In this document: positions 29,532 to 39,317 of the stretch, one piece after another | How the letters are laid out: each line of letters opens with the position of its first letter | Position numbering within the stretch: the first letter of the stretch is position 1 | IMG/VR virus record: IMGVR_UViG_3300025674_000016 | Location: 91,703 to 155,702 of that record | Length of the DNA: 64,000 nt | Strand: one strand, 5' to 3' | DNA from: a virus | Notes under the pieces: model-generated | Told to the model about the DNA's origin: nothing | The model's database searches: none | The model's input: the letters and a program-made list of their open reading frames with translations, nothing else | Position numbers and translations under genes: made by a program

Positions 29532-30239
29532 GTGGAATTGAAAACCTGCTCAAATTGCAAAACAGAAAAGCCCCTAACAGAATTTTCTAAAGATAGAAGC
29601 AAAAAAGACGGCACCAGAAATTATTGCAAGTGCTGCGCAAAAGCCAGAAACAAAGCTTACTACGAGGCCAACCGAGAAAAGGAAAAGGCCAGAAAAAAAG
29701 CTTGGCGCGAGGCCAATCCAGAAAAGATAAAAGCTTGGCGCGAGGCCAACCGAGAAAAGATAAGAGCCAGAGAAAAAGCTTGGCAGGAGGCCAACCGAGA
29801 AAAGGAAAAGGCCAGAAAAAAAGCTTACTACGAGGCCAACCGAGAAAAGGTAAAGGACAGAGTAAAAGCTTACCGCGAGGCCAACCGAGAAAAGGTAAAG
29901 GCATATGGAAAAGCTTACCGCGAGGCCAACCGAGAAAAGCTTAAAGCCAAGCTCAAAGCTCTGCGCAAGACACCTCGTGGCAAATTTTTTAGAGTCAGGG
30001 ACTCCGCAAAGCAGAGGGGAATAGAGTTTCTATTGACAGAGGGGCAGGCCGCTGAAATGATAAAAAAGCCCTGCACATATTGTGGAAAGCCGGGACTATC
30101 AGGGATTGATAGGATCGACTCCAATGGTGTCTATACTATAGAAAACTGCGAGCCATGCTGTTATTCTTGCAACACTCGAAAGGGAACTAAATCAAAAGAA
30201 GTTTTCTTGCAAGAAATAAAGGAAGGAAAATGGAATTGA
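29532..30239 (+). CDS. HNH-type homing endonuclease-like protein with zinc ribbon and tandem helical repeats
   Basis: KTCSNC...YCKCC; about 8 (K)AxxEANxEK repeats; CTYCG..GIDRIDS...CC..CN..KG; GTG start inferred from the paralog. Confidence 0.75.
   Translation: MELKTCSNCKTEKPLTEFSKDRSKKDGTRNYCKCCAKARNKAYYEANREKEKARKKAWREANPEKIKAWREANREKIRAREKAWQEANREKEKARKKAYYEANREKVKDRVKAYREANREKVKAYGKAYREANREKLKAKLKALRKTPRGKFFRVRDSAKQRGIEFLLTEGQAAEMIKKPCTYCGKPGLSGIDRIDSNGVYTIENCEPCCYSCNTRKGTKSKEVFLQEIKEGKWN
29652..29940 (+). repeat. Coding tandem repeat with 33- and 45-nt units
   Basis: GAGGCCAA(C/T)C(G/C)AGAAAAG occurs about 8 times. Confidence 0.9.
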
Positions 30240-30901
30240 AAACTTGTAGGAAGTGTAAAACAGAAAAACCCCTAGCAGAGTTTCATAAAGATAGGGGCAA
30301 AAAAGATGGCATCAGAAATTATTGCAAGTGCTGCGCAAAATCCTATAAAAAAGCTTACCGCGAGGCCAACATAGAAAAGGAAAAGGCTTGGGGTAGGGTT
30401 TACCGCAAAACACCTCGCGCCAGGCTTCTTAAAATGAGGGAGAACGCAAAGAAAAGAGGAATAGAGTTTCTTTTAACAGACGATCAGGCTTTTGAAGCAA
30501 TGAAGAAACCTTGCACATACTGTGGAAAGCCGGGACTATCAGGGATTGATAGAAAAGACAGTACCCGCGATTATACTCTTGACAACTCAGTTCCATGCTG
30601 TTATTCTTGCAACACTCGAAAGGGCGCAACGAAATCCCCAGAAGCTTATATCTTAGAACTAAAGCAGGAGAAAGGCATGATTGAAAGTTTTCCTTTTATC
30701 GATGAACAAACCAAAGAAAGCTTGGAGAAATGGCTCAACAAACAAAAAGCAGAAGAGCTTTCACAAGCTTATAAGTACGAGTCCTGCGGCAACTTGGACA
30801 TGGCACAGCGTTGCAGGTATAAAGCTTCCACCTTTGAGAACATTTTAATTCACATCAAATATCACATGGAAAAACAAGTAGATACAGCACAGAGCAACTA
30901 G
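30230..30901 (+). CDS. Tandem paralog of the HNH-like endonuclease
   Basis: MELKTC..C, CTYCGKPGLSGIDR, CCYSCNTRKG; identical DNA stretches shared with the upstream copy. Confidence 0.75.
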   Translation: MELKTCRKCKTEKPLAEFHKDRGKKDGIRNYCKCCAKSYKKAYREANIEKEKAWGRVYRKTPRARLLKMRENAKKRGIEFLLTDDQAFEAMKKPCTYCGKPGLSGIDRKDSTRDYTLDNSVPCCYSCNTRKGATKSPEAYILELKQEKGMIESFPFIDEQTKESLEKWLNKQKAEELSQAYKYESCGNLDMAQRCRYKASTFENILIHIKYHMEKQVDTAQSN

Positions 30902-31005
30902 ACAATGGAAATTTTTGAAATTTTTGGAAACTGTTGTCTTCTTTCACTCATAGTTAGTGGCACGATTATATTCATTGCCTCTAACCTAAACTACGGAGGC
31001 GAACA

Positions 31006-32451
31006 ATGAGTATCGCATCGTATTCCATTAACTACAACGGAACATCACAACCCGTGAATACTTTAAGTTTTTCAAAACAAGAGGACTTTTCTCGCTTTGG
31101 CAAGTCCTTTCAAGAGAGTCTTTGTCGCTTGATCCTGCTTGATCGTCCCTTTGCGGACCAGATTGGCGAGGTCTTAGATGTAAACTTTTTTGAACTTAAA
31201 TACCTGCAAGTGTTCTGCAAAAAGATCTACGACTACAAGAATAAATACAAGACTCATCCCACCCCTGAGATCATGACTTCTATTTTGAGATCTGAACTGG
31301 GCTCTGATGATTCTGATCCCCTTGCTGGTCAAGTTAGAAACTATTTTGCAAGAATCTTGGCAAAGTCGGGACAAGATGCCTCCGATTACATAAAAGAAAC
31401 AAGCTTGGACTTTTGCAAAAAGCAAAAGTTTAAAGAAGCTATTATCAAAAGCGCAAAACTCCTTCAGAACAGCAGTTTTGATGAAATAAAAGGGGTGATC
31501 GACCAGGCTCTCAAGCTTGGCGCAGACAACAACTTTGGCCACGATTATATTAAAGATTTCGAAGCCAGATTTGTTCCAAAGTTTCGTTTTCCTGTTTCTA
31601 CTGGCTGGAAGCAGATGGATAATATAAGCGGTGGTGGTCTTGGCAAGGGGGAGTTGGGTGTTGTTATTGCTCCCACAGGAGCCGGTAAATCTATGGTACT
31701 GGCACATCTGGGCGCTCAAGCAATCGAAGTTGGTAAGTGTGTTGTCCACTATACTCTTGAACTTCAGGATACCGTAACAGCAAATCGTTATGATAGTTGC
31801 CTTACCGGCATCGAGATTAAGAATTTGCTGAAACACAAAGAAGAAGTTCTTGAAAAGATTAGTGGCATCGAAGGCAGGCTGATTGTAAAAGAATACCCAA
31901 CTAAGACCGCTACAACGCAAACGATTATGAACCATCTTGAAAAGCTAGTCTGTAGAGGCATTGACATTGGTATGGTTATTGTAGATTATGCCGATCTACT
32001 AAGACCAGTTCGCCAGAGGAACGAGAAGAGGACCGAACTAGAATCTATTTATGAGGAACTAAGAGCGGTGGCACAAACATATGAATGTCCCGTGTGGACC
32101 GCCTCTCAGACAAATAGATCAGGACTCAACGCCGAAGTAGTAACAATGGAGTCCATCTCAGAAGCATTTAATAAATGTTTTGTTGCAGATTTCATCTTTT
32201 CCTTATCGAGAACAGTTGAAGACAAAAACACCAACACAGGCCGAGTTTATATTGCAAAAAATAGAAATGGTCCTGATGGCTTAGTTTTCCCTATCTTTAT
32301 GGACCCATCTCGTGTTAAGATTGAGGTTCTGGAGAGCGATGAAAGCTCACAGCAGTCTGCTTATAAAAATAAAAAAGATGCTCTTGAAGACCTGAAAGAA
32401 AAGTACAAGAAATTTAGAAAGAAAGGAAAAGAAGATGACCAACCAAACTGA
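31006..32451 (+). CDS. dnaB: Replicative DnaB-like helicase (gp41-like)
   Basis: APTGAGKS, HYTLE, IVDYADLL, WTASQTNR, KNRNG. Confidence 0.92.
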   Translation: MSIASYSINYNGTSQPVNTLSFSKQEDFSRFGKSFQESLCRLILLDRPFADQIGEVLDVNFFELKYLQVFCKKIYDYKNKYKTHPTPEIMTSILRSELGSDDSDPLAGQVRNYFARILAKSGQDASDYIKETSLDFCKKQKFKEAIIKSAKLLQNSSFDEIKGVIDQALKLGADNNFGHDYIKDFEARFVPKFRFPVSTGWKQMDNISGGGLGKGELGVVIAPTGAGKSMVLAHLGAQAIEVGKCVVHYTLELQDTVTANRYDSCLTGIEIKNLLKHKEEVLEKISGIEGRLIVKEYPTKTATTQTIMNHLEKLVCRGIDIGMVIVDYADLLRPVRQRNEKRTELESIYEELRAVAQTYECPVWTASQTNRSGLNAEVVTMESISEAFNKCFVADFIFSLSRTVEDKNTNTGRVYIAKNRNGPDGLVFPIFMDPSRVKIEVLESDESSQQSAYKNKKDALEDLKEKYKKFRKKGKEDDQPN

Positions 32452-34306
32452 CGCAAAGCAGATACTCTCAGATATTACCGTACATATGAAGTACGCCAAG
32501 TATAGGCCAGAACTCGAAAGACGAGAAACATTTAATGAGATTGTTGATCGTAACAAGGCTATGCATATCAAGAAGTTCCCCAGTCTCAAAGAAGAGATTG
32601 AGGCAACCTATCAATACGTTTACGATAAAAAAGTTCTACCTTCCATGCGCTCTATGCAATTTGGTGGTAAGCCAATTGAAGTTGCCCCTAATAGGGTTTT
32701 TAACTGCGCCTACATGCCAATTGACGATGTTCGCGCCTTTTCAGAGACAATGTTCTTGCTCCTAGGTGGCACTGGTGTGGGCTTCTCTGTTCAGAACCAC
32801 CACGTCGAAAAGCTACCAGAAATCAAGCGCCCCAATTCAAAGAGAACACGTCGTTTTCTTGTTGGGGATAGTATCGAGGGGTGGGCTGATGCTGTTAAAG
32901 CCCTTGTTCACTCCTACTTCAACGGCTCATCAAGAATAAGATTTGATTTTTCTGATGTCCGGCCAAAGGGCTCAAGGCTTGTTACCTCTGGGGGGAAAGC
33001 TCCTGGCCCTCAACCCCTCAAGGAGTGTCTTATCAAGGTTGAGGGCATCCTTGATTCAAAGGAAAATGGAGAAAAGTTGAGCCCAATTGAGGTTCACGAT
33101 ATGGTTTGCCATATTGCTGATGCTGTCTTGGCAGGTGGAATCCGCAGAGCAGCACTTATTTCTCTTTTTAGTGCTGATGACGACGAGATGCTGGGAGCTA
33201 AGTCGGGCAACTGGTGGGAAATCAACCCACAGCGCGGCAGAGCAAACAACTCTGTCGTTCTTATGCGCCACAAGGTTACAAAAGAGTTTTTTAAGAACCT
33301 TTGGGAGCGCGTTAAGGCGTCTGGAGCAGGTGAGCCTGGCTTTTATTTCACCTTCGACAAGGACTGGGGCACTAATCCTTGCTGCGAGATCGCTCTAAGG
33401 CCATTCCAGTTCTGTAACCTGACAGAAGTCAATGTCAGCAACGTCCAGAACCAAGAAGACTACGAGGCTCGCGTTCGAGCTGCCGCGTTTATTGGCACGC
33501 TTCAGGCTAGTTACACCGACTTCCACTATCTCCGCCCCGTGTGGCAGAGAAACACAGAAAAAGATTCTCTTATTGGCGTCTCAATGACCGGAATTGCATC
33601 CGGTGCTGTTCTCGGCCTAGACATGAGCGCAGGTGCGAGAGTCGTGAGAGAAGAAAATAAAAGAGTTGCTGCACTGATCGGCATCAAACCAGCAGCAAGA
33701 ACCACTTGTGTTAAGCCAGCAGGAACAACTTCATTGACTTTGGGAACAAGTTCGGGTATTCATGCTTGGCACAACGACTATTACATCAGGCGTATCAGGG
33801 TAGGCAAGAACGAGCCGATCTACTCCTACTTGAGCATCATGCACCCTGAGTTGATTGAGGACGAGTTCTTTAGGCCACACGATACAGCAGTAATCTCAGT
33901 ACCTCAGAAGGCTCCTGAAGGCGCAATCACCCGCGTAGAGAGTGCTTTAGAGATGTTAGAGCGCGTCAAGAGGGTAAGCCAAGAATGGATTAAGCCTGGT
34001 CACAGCAAGGGCCAAAACTCCCATAATGTCTCTGCTACCGTTACCCTAAAAGAGGACGAGTGGGAATCTGTTGGAGAATGGATGTGGGAAAACCGACAGC
34101 ACTATAATGGTCTTTCCGTTCTGCCTCATTCTGACCACACCTACAAGCAAGCCCCTTTTGAGGACTGCACTGAAGAAGTTTATAATGAGCTTATGAAAAG
34201 CTTGTCGAGCGTTGACTTGACCAAGGTCGTCGAACTCGACGACAACACCGATCTCAAGGGCGAGGTTGCGTGTTCTGGTGGAAGTTGCACTGTTGAGAGT
34301 TTTTGA
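32435..34306 (+). CDS. nrdJ: Class II (B12-dependent) ribonucleotide reductase
   Basis: FNCAY, GGIRRAA, TNPCCEI, FCNL, VKPAGT, C-terminal CSGGSC; no beta subunit adjacent. Confidence 0.9.
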   Translation: MTNQTDAKQILSDITVHMKYAKYRPELERRETFNEIVDRNKAMHIKKFPSLKEEIEATYQYVYDKKVLPSMRSMQFGGKPIEVAPNRVFNCAYMPIDDVRAFSETMFLLLGGTGVGFSVQNHHVEKLPEIKRPNSKRTRRFLVGDSIEGWADAVKALVHSYFNGSSRIRFDFSDVRPKGSRLVTSGGKAPGPQPLKECLIKVEGILDSKENGEKLSPIEVHDMVCHIADAVLAGGIRRAALISLFSADDDEMLGAKSGNWWEINPQRGRANNSVVLMRHKVTKEFFKNLWERVKASGAGEPGFYFTFDKDWGTNPCCEIALRPFQFCNLTEVNVSNVQNQEDYEARVRAAAFIGTLQASYTDFHYLRPVWQRNTEKDSLIGVSMTGIASGAVLGLDMSAGARVVREENKRVAALIGIKPAARTTCVKPAGTTSLTLGTSSGIHAWHNDYYIRRIRVGKNEPIYSYLSIMHPELIEDEFFRPHDTAVISVPQKAPEGAITRVESALEMLERVKRVSQEWIKPGHSKGQNSHNVSATVTLKEDEWESVGEWMWENRQHYNGLSVLPHSDHTYKQAPFEDCTEEVYNELMKSLSSVDLTKVVELDDNTDLKGEVACSGGSCTVESF

Positions 34307-34315
34307 TCTTTCCCC

Positions 34316-34344
34316 TTGACACCCCGCCCCACCCGTGCTATTGT
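34316..34344 (+). promoter_or_regulatory. sigma70 promoter overlapping an RBS-sequestering hairpin
   Basis: TTGACA-N17-TATTGT (with TG extension); 12-bp inverted repeat 34341-34352/34366-34377. Confidence 0.75.
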
Positions 34345-34379
34345 TGCCTCCTAACTTGCTGACTAAGGAGGCAACAAAC

Positions 34380-34613
34380 ATGAAACTAATTTTTGAAGGC
34401 AGAAATGACAACCAAACTGGTTCTGGCTGGAAATACCCACTGGAAACAGATCCAGTGGAGTTCGAAACTCTACAAGAGTTTGTTGAGTGGGCACATAAAG
34501 TAGAACTGGGCAGATTTGAGTTCATCCCGCCGAACACAGGATGGCGCGATAGATTAGCCACTACCAATCATACACCCTACTGGATGGTCTATACCCAAAA
34601 CGGTTACGACTGA
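34380..34613 (+). CDS. Hypothetical protein
   Basis: SD AAGGAGG; own promoter. Confidence 0.6.
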   Translation: MKLIFEGRNDNQTGSGWKYPLETDPVEFETLQEFVEWAHKVELGRFEFIPPNTGWRDRLATTNHTPYWMVYTQNGYD

Positions 34614-34619
34614 AAAGCC

Positions 34620-34648
34620 TTGACATCGCACTTAACCTGTGGTAATCT
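34620..34648 (+). promoter_or_regulatory. sigma70-type promoter
   Basis: TTGACA-N17-TAATCT. Confidence 0.65.
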
Positions 34649-34693
34649 TCTCTCTCAAGTGGTTGATTGCCACCCCAACTAATAGGAGAAAAA

Positions 34694-34969
34694 ATGTTTC
34701 GACCTGTCAATGGATACGTTTGGGTTGAACGACCCATTCAAGAAAAAGAAGAGATGTTGGTTTATGTCCCCTCGGACTATTCACCAAAGGGCGAGCAGTA
34801 CATCAAACTAGAAGTCTTAAGCCTGCGAGAAGACAACCCACTTAATATTAAGTGCGGAGACTTCATAATTACACGAGAGGCTGTCATTGAGGACGTGCAG
34901 TTAGGCGATAGAATCTATAGTCTTGTAAGCAAAAACCATATCTTTGGAGTGCTAAATGAGGAGAATTGA
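34694..34969 (+). CDS. GroES-like co-chaperonin
   Basis: FRPVNGYVWVE...GD.I......I.G pattern; about 91 aa. Confidence 0.6.
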   Translation: MFRPVNGYVWVERPIQEKEEMLVYVPSDYSPKGEQYIKLEVLSLREDNPLNIKCGDFIITREAVIEDVQLGDRIYSLVSKNHIFGVLNEEN

Positions 34970-35684
34970 GTTATACGACGATGGCATCGGCCACGTTGAG
35001 TTGGTCGAATCTATGGGGTCGGATCTTACTGTTGTGAACAGCGCACGAGTAAGCTTTGGTGTTCACAAGGATAAGTTGGATGAGAGAGATAGAAAACTTA
35101 TTAAGTATCTTGTCGAGCACCGACACACCTCAACACTTGAGCACTGCGTGATGACCTTTCGCTTTAAAGTTCCGCTTTATGTGAGGAGCCAACATCACAG
35201 GCATCGCACCTGGAGTTACAACGAGATCTCAAGGAGATACACAGACTCAAATATAGAGTTTTATGAGCCGACAGCGTTCAGGACACAACACAAGAGCAAC
35301 CGCCAAGCCAGCAATGAAAACGAGTTGATCAACCCTCACGTCAATTTTCAGTGGGACGAGTCAACTGGAGGCTACAGTGCAGTTCAGGCAATGAAAGAGA
35401 TGCATGAAGGCGCATTGTATTTGTACGAAAGTATGATCGAAGCAGGCGTTTGCAGGGAGCAGGCACGCGGTGTGTTGCCTCAAAACATGTATACTGAGTA
35501 TTATGGAACAGTAAACTTGAATAATCTTTTAAAGTTTATTGATCTCCGCACACATGAAGGCGCGCAATGGGAAATCCAAAGGGTTGCTGAAGCCTGCCTA
35601 GAGCTTGCTCACGAGACTTGGCCCGTTGCTGTTGGAGCGTGGCTTGAGTGCCACGGTTTCCAAGAGATAAAGAAGCTAACTTAA
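34956..35684 (+). CDS. thyX: Flavin-dependent thymidylate synthase
   Basis: H.S.LEH, RHRTWSYNEISRRY, AR.VLP, R...AQWEI. Confidence 0.95.
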   Translation: MRRIELYDDGIGHVELVESMGSDLTVVNSARVSFGVHKDKLDERDRKLIKYLVEHRHTSTLEHCVMTFRFKVPLYVRSQHHRHRTWSYNEISRRYTDSNIEFYEPTAFRTQHKSNRQASNENELINPHVNFQWDESTGGYSAVQAMKEMHEGALYLYESMIEAGVCREQARGVLPQNMYTEYYGTVNLNNLLKFIDLRTHEGAQWEIQRVAEACLELAHETWPVAVGAWLECHGFQEIKKLT

Positions 35685-35694
35685 GGAGGAATAA

Positions 35695-36711
35695 GTGAAA
35701 GAAGCATTGACCTATAACGACGTGCTATTGGTGCCACAATATTCAAATATTAGAAGCAGGTCCGAAGTCTCACTCAGAAACAATTTGGGCTTTCTATGGC
35801 TTGATCTACCCATTATCTCGGCTCCAATGGATACCGTGACTGAGGAGAACATGGCCTATGCTATCGCAGAAGAAGGTGGTTTGGGGATCATTCACAGATA
35901 TAATTCTATTTGTGAGCAAGTATCCATCGCTAGAAACGTGCTTAAAACATCTGATGGCCAAGTTGGAGCCGCCGTTGGCGTGACCGGCGATTACCTTCAG
36001 CGTGCCATTGAACTTGTCGATGAAGGAGTCAAAGTTATTTGCGTGGACGTGGCTCATGGGCATCACATTTCAGCAAAGGAAGCTATTATCGCCCTGAGAA
36101 AGGCTGTTGGCCACGATGTTCACATCATGGCGGGGAATGTAGCTACTAAGGCTGGCTTTGATTACTTGGCAGAAGCTGGTGCAGACAGCATCAGGGTCGG
36201 TATCGGCGGAGGTTCGATCTGCTCGACTAGAATTAAAACTGGTCATGGTCTGCCCAATATTTATTCTATTACGGAGTGCGCTAGTTCTGAGTGGGCTGGC
36301 GATGTCAACATCATTGCTGATGGCGGCATCAGGACATCGGGCGATATCGTTAAGGCTCTTGCAGCAGGTGCCGACTTTGTTATGTTAGGTTCCATCCTGG
36401 CCGGAACAAGTCAGGCTCCTGGGGAGATCCTGAATATCAAAGATGGAAAATTTAAATCATACAGGGGCATGGCCTCGAAAGACGCCCAGATGGATTGGCG
36501 CGGTAGGGCTTCTTCTCTTGAGGGAGTCGCAACAACAATTAAATATAAAGGAGATGTGCTCCCAATTCTCAATGATCTGCGAGGGGGCATTGCATCCGGC
36601 CTATCTTACTCAGGAGCTAGGACAATCGCTGAATTGCAAAACCGAGCAAAGTTTGTGCGGCAAACACAAAGCGGCCAGATGGAGAGCGATACGCATATTC
36701 TCTACACATGA
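35695..36711 (+). CDS. guaB: IMP dehydrogenase / GMP reductase (no CBS domains)
   Basis: SAPMDTVT, DVAHGH, GIGGGSICSTR, ADGGI, YRGMAS. Confidence 0.88.
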   Translation: MKEALTYNDVLLVPQYSNIRSRSEVSLRNNLGFLWLDLPIISAPMDTVTEENMAYAIAEEGGLGIIHRYNSICEQVSIARNVLKTSDGQVGAAVGVTGDYLQRAIELVDEGVKVICVDVAHGHHISAKEAIIALRKAVGHDVHIMAGNVATKAGFDYLAEAGADSIRVGIGGGSICSTRIKTGHGLPNIYSITECASSEWAGDVNIIADGGIRTSGDIVKALAAGADFVMLGSILAGTSQAPGEILNIKDGKFKSYRGMASKDAQMDWRGRASSLEGVATTIKYKGDVLPILNDLRGGIASGLSYSGARTIAELQNRAKFVRQTQSGQMESDTHILYT

Positions 36712-36820
36712 ACTTATTTGACTTAGAAAAACTAATTACCTTTGCAGTGGTGCTATTCTTGTTGTTCCCTTGGACCTTTTTTATCACCACTGTCTTGCTG
36801 CTTATAAGGTCTAAGATGAA

Positions 36821-37318
36821 ATGAAAAAATGTCTTGTTCTAAATTGTAGCTATGAGCCTCTCTCGATAATCGGATGGCGCAAAGCCTTTGTTCTTTGCAA
36901 TTTTAGTGTTGACGATAAACCATCTGCGAGGGTAGAAAAAGAATATGATGAAACTTTCAACACGATTAGTGATACTTTTAAGAAGCCGTCAGTTATCGTG
37001 TTGAGAAAACAAATACCAATAAGACCTAGAAGGGTAAGGCTATCAAGCGAGGCAGTATTTAAAAGAGACAATAACTTTTGCCAATATTGCGGGGTAAAGT
37101 GTAATTCTAAGAATATCTCAGTTGATCACATCATACCTAAAAGCAAAGGAGGCAAAAACACTTGGAGTAATCTGGTTACTGCTTGTTTTTCTTGCAACAA
37201 CAAGAAAGGCAGCAAAACCTTAGACGAGTGCGGAATGGAATTAAATAGACTACCATTTACACCTGTTTGGCCAAATGACCCAGATACTCCAGAGGAATGG
37301 GAAGACTATTTATTCTGA
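36821..37318 (+). CDS. HNH endonuclease (McrA-like)
   Basis: LVLN.SYEP, RDN..CQYCG, DHIIP.SKGG...W.NLV.AC..CN. Confidence 0.9.
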   Translation: MKKCLVLNCSYEPLSIIGWRKAFVLCNFSVDDKPSARVEKEYDETFNTISDTFKKPSVIVLRKQIPIRPRRVRLSSEAVFKRDNNFCQYCGVKCNSKNISVDHIIPKSKGGKNTWSNLVTACFSCNNKKGSKTLDECGMELNRLPFTPVWPNDPDTPEEWEDYLF

Positions 37319-37327
37319 GGTATCAAT

Positions 37328-37747
37328 ATGTCAAACTTTAATTATAAATCAGGTATAGGCCACACAGCGCCATACCAAGTATCAGGAAAGCCATTTGCAT
37401 CGGGCAATATAACAGCACCAGCAGTCACAGGAGACCCAGTAAAAGTTGAGTTTCCTTCTGTGACTCGCTGGGTCAAAGTGATCCCGATAACAGGTTCCGC
37501 AGCAACCCACCTGCGCATTGGTTTCTCAGAAAATGGGGTCAAGGGATCTAATTTTTTTAGATATCTTGCAGGAAACAACTTTAACCATGAGCAAGCAGGA
37601 CCAGAGCCACTTGAATTAAAAGTTAAAGAGCTTTGGTTTATCGGTGACAACGGAGAAACAGTAAATTTTGATGTTGTTGCTGGACTTACCACCATACCTT
37701 CTGGTACAATACCGACTAACTGGTCTGGCTCAATGGGAGTCGGATAA
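37328..37747 (+). CDS. Probable virion structural protein (beta-rich)
   Basis: GACTATTTA late motif at 37304; Gly/Thr/Pro-rich. Confidence 0.5.
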   Translation: MSNFNYKSGIGHTAPYQVSGKPFASGNITAPAVTGDPVKVEFPSVTRWVKVIPITGSAATHLRIGFSENGVKGSNFFRYLAGNNFNHEQAGPEPLELKVKELWFIGDNGETVNFDVVAGLTTIPSGTIPTNWSGSMGVG

Positions 37748-37763
37748 ACTATAAGGAGGCTAA

Positions 37764-38402
37764 ATGCCAATCGAAGTACAAGTTCTATGTCTCGCGTTTT
37801 TTTCTTTGTGGCCCACCAAGTGGGATAGGCCGGTTGAGGCTTGCCACACAATCAACCACACACACCAGGTTCTTCAACAGGAAAAGTCCGATTATGATAT
37901 TGAGTTGCTGGTGGCTCTTTTTAAAAAGGAAAGCAATTTCAAACACGATATCGGACCAAACAAGGCAGGAGCATGCGGATTGGGACAACAGATCCCAAAA
38001 TATACGCATTTTTACACAGACAAGACTTATACCTGCCAAGAGATCAAAGCAGATCCCAAAGTGTCTATTGCCCTTACAATTAAGGCTCTAGACTATCTAA
38101 AAAAGGAAAGTGCGCGCCAGTGGGAAGACCACCCACCAGCAAAGCCACTAACAGAAAACGGACTTTATCATGTCCTGTGTATGTACAACCAAGGCACCCG
38201 CTCAACATGCAAGGAGTGGCGAGGTTCTTTCTATGGAACAAGCTATACAAGGTCGATTATCTCAACAAGAAACAAGTTGAGAGAAAAGAAAGAAGAAATT
38301 TATGCTTGTCTTGCACAAGGCGACTTCTGCGAGCTTGAAGTAGACTTCCCAGATGAAATTGAAATCAATGTAATCAATGAGTGGCCACCCGTAGCTGAAT
38401 GA
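37764..38402 (+). CDS. Lytic transglycosylase (SLT-like) with an N-terminal hydrophobic segment
   Basis: ALFKKESNF, GACGLGQ, YNQG motifs. Confidence 0.7.
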   Translation: MPIEVQVLCLAFFSLWPTKWDRPVEACHTINHTHQVLQQEKSDYDIELLVALFKKESNFKHDIGPNKAGACGLGQQIPKYTHFYTDKTYTCQEIKADPKVSIALTIKALDYLKKESARQWEDHPPAKPLTENGLYHVLCMYNQGTRSTCKEWRGSFYGTSYTRSIISTRNKLREKKEEIYACLAQGDFCELEVDFPDEIEINVINEWPPVAE

Positions 38403-39316
38403 AGTTTTATGACTACGCTTTTGAGTATGAAAGGGTTGTTATAGGATCTAGCCTAAAAGCTCTTTTGTACTCATACTGCAACGACCTACCTATATTATTT
38501 CCCACCATTCAGAAGCCCTGTTATTTTGAATTTATAAATCCAGAGGTTGATTTGGCGAAGTTTGGGATTCAAAATGAATCCTTTACTTTGCCCACAGCCG
38601 ATAAAGAAAAAAAGTTTGGCCACTTTCAAAGGGATTTATGGAGAGACTTGGCAGGCATGATTGGTCTTCGCGGGAATATGCCAATGCTTGATAAAACTCT
38701 AGCACTAAGACTAGAGGACGAAAAAACCCTAAAAGCCACGACGAACAATTCAAGGTTCGCTAGGTTTAAGTTTGAGGAACTAATCGTTTTTGACGATAAT
38801 ATCTCAGGACTAGACTGCGAATTAATCAAACCTGCACCTGATCTCTTTAGGGTTGTTGACTGGATCGAGATCAAATCAGGCAAGTCACAAAAAATAAACT
38901 ACTTTCAAACCAACGATGATTTGGTAAGAGAGATATTTCTCTACCCTTCGGACAAAGTAGATGGGCTCAATCAAGACAACCTTGATGCCGCGTCTATATC
39001 CTACCTCAACAGAGAACAATTATCACAATTTGAATACTCAGATACCTACGCTAAGTTTAAAGTGTTTAAGATCTTTAAGGAAGCGGGGTTTAAAGGCACT
39101 TCAAATGGCTGGTCTAAAGAGAACCCTCTTCTTAAGAAGTATTATGCTTTAAAGATAGAAACAACAAAGAGAGAGGTAAGACAAGAAGGTAGAAGTATTT
39201 ACAAGGATACTGATAACATAAAGTTTAACTATCAAACTTTAGAAGAACTTTTAAGCATGGAGATTATCCCGAACAATGAAACGGATAGGCTGCGTGCTTT
39301 TTTTATTAAGGAGTAG
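38399..39316 (+). CDS. Hypothetical protein with a degenerate Rossmann-like N-terminus
   Basis: ERVVIGSSLKAL. Confidence 0.5.
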   Translation: MKFYDYAFEYERVVIGSSLKALLYSYCNDLPILFPTIQKPCYFEFINPEVDLAKFGIQNESFTLPTADKEKKFGHFQRDLWRDLAGMIGLRGNMPMLDKTLALRLEDEKTLKATTNNSRFARFKFEELIVFDDNISGLDCELIKPAPDLFRVVDWIEIKSGKSQKINYFQTNDDLVREIFLYPSDKVDGLNQDNLDAASISYLNREQLSQFEYSDTYAKFKVFKIFKEAGFKGTSNGWSKENPLLKKYYALKIETTKREVRQEGRSIYKDTDNIKFNYQTLEELLSMEIIPNNETDRLRAFFIKE

Positions 39317-39317
39317 T

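Noticed and set aside
29532-30901. Diversity-generating retroelement template/variable pair in the duplicated HNH genes
   Set aside because: Differences are not adenine-specific and no reverse transcriptase is in the window
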